A stretch of DNA of 40,045 bases from Bacilli bacterium (lineage in GTDB: Bacteria; Bacillota_I; Bacilli_A; RF39; UBA660). The first letter of the stretch is position 1. The number at the start of each line of letters is the position of its first letter. The notes beneath the pieces are model-generated. The model was given only the letters and a program-made list of their open reading frames with translations, made no database searches and was not told the origin of the DNA. The DNA is taken from positions 1 to 40,045 of the forward strand of contig JAZUBJ010000106.1 in the NCBI GenBank assembly GCA_045638445.1, given 5' to 3'. Below are positions 39,526 through 40,045 of this stretch, piece by piece. Position numbers and translations under genes: made by a program.

Positions 39526-39956
39526 TGAATTATAATGAGGCTAGAATATCAAAGTTAAGAACTTATTTGTTTAGTATAATTGACACTCTTGCTACTGATA
39601 AGAACTATCAAATTAATGCTAATATGTTATCTAACGATATTAATAATTATTCGCTTGATAAGATACCAACATCAAGTCAAGTCGAAAGATGGGTAACAGG
39701 TTTAGAAATACATCGTGACGTATTTTCGTTTAGAAGTAGAAACGCTTACTCACAAGATGTAATCAATAATCTTTCTAATATAGGGTTCTTTGAGAAATTT
39801 GAAAGCATAATAAAATCTAATAACAAGAAAGGCGTTTTGCCTGATATTGAAGGTATAGAAAGTATTGAGTGTTTAAATTCCGGAGCGATGTTGAGTAGTG
39901 ATACTAACACCGCTGAGTTTGATATTCAAATACAAATAACATATAGAGAGGAGTAA
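39525..39956 (+). CDS. Tail completion / tail terminator-like protein
   Basis: 143 aa, the last gene before the tail tube gene once the circle is closed. Confidence 0.5.
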   Translation: MNYNEARISKLRTYLFSIIDTLATDKNYQINANMLSNDINNYSLDKIPTSSQVERWVTGLEIHRDVFSFRSRNAYSQDVINNLSNIGFFEKFESIIKSNNKKGVLPDIEGIESIECLNSGAMLSSDTNTAEFDIQIQITYREE

Positions 39957-40045
39957 CCCACATGAAGAAACTGGAGGCTAAAAAGGATTTTACTTTAGAC
40001 GGAGTTGATTATATAGTTGACGATGAAGTTAAAGTTACCGACATA
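39905..40045. repeat. Terminal direct repeat copy 2 (identical to 1-141)
   Basis: Base-for-base identity with the window start. Confidence 0.95.

Noticed and set aside
1-40045. Stop-codon reassignment, prompted by tRNAs with anticodons adjacent to UGA
   Set aside because: All large genes (terminase, portal, tape measure, 1136-aa tail protein, methyltransferase, helicase) are uninterrupted under the standard code. Neither tRNA has a suppressor anticodon.
1-40045. Integrase, excisionase, CI-type repressor, attP or partition genes (temperate lifestyle)
   Set aside because: None of the ORFs shows tyrosine or serine recombinase, S24-repressor or ParA/B motifs by eye. The only LexA-like protein lacks the cleavable domain. 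Absence is provisional until HMM searches are run.

Overview
The window is one complete, circularly closed dsDNA siphovirus genome. Nucleotides 1-141 are identical to 39905-40045, giving a unit length of 39,904 bp. The sequence is very AT-rich and uses Firmicutes/Clostridia-style signals: AGGAGG-type RBS, TGnTATAAT extended -10 promoters, some GTG/TTG starts, and hairpin plus T-run terminators. All credible genes (about 75) lie on the + strand; the minus-strand ORFs in the track look spurious. Gene order around the circle is as follows. Tail module (246-11340): major tail protein, G/T-type chaperone pair, tape measure, Dit/Tal-like proteins and fibres. Lysis cassette (11350-12493): holin and an M23 endolysin with ChW-like repeats. 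Two small moron genes. Early/recombination module (13057-15615): RHH protein, PD-(D/E)XK nuclease-Sak4-like fusion, and an SSB-like protein ending in DLPF. Replication module (15732-17749): Cro-like HTH, replisome organiser with embedded iterons, and DnaB-like helicase. A block of small genes carrying an HNH endonuclease, a sigma-70 family factor, a stand-alone LexA-type DNA-binding domain, MazG-like and ERCC4-like proteins and a C5 cytosine methyltransferase. Packaging/head module (23491-29806 and 37000-39956): metallophosphoesterase, HNH, TerS, TerL, portal, minor head protein, then scaffold, major capsid and head-tail joining proteins. I found no integrase, CI-type repressor or excisionase. 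The most unusual feature is a roughly 7.2 kb self-contained accessory island (29807-36999) between the minor head protein gene and the scaffold/capsid genes. It has its own promoters, terminators and leader structures. It carries two small regulators, a 400-aa polytopic membrane protein with an AgrB-like R-x6-H-x6-C-x3-S motif, and a run of low-complexity proteins (P/Q-rich, Gly/Cys-rich with CCC repeats, C1q/BclA-C-like, RGG repeat). It also carries a small Cys-His protein, a canonical tRNA-Cys(GCA) and a degenerate tRNA-Trp-like cloverleaf. All functional calls come from motif reading by eye, with no database search, and should be treated as hypotheses to test with HMM or structure searches.
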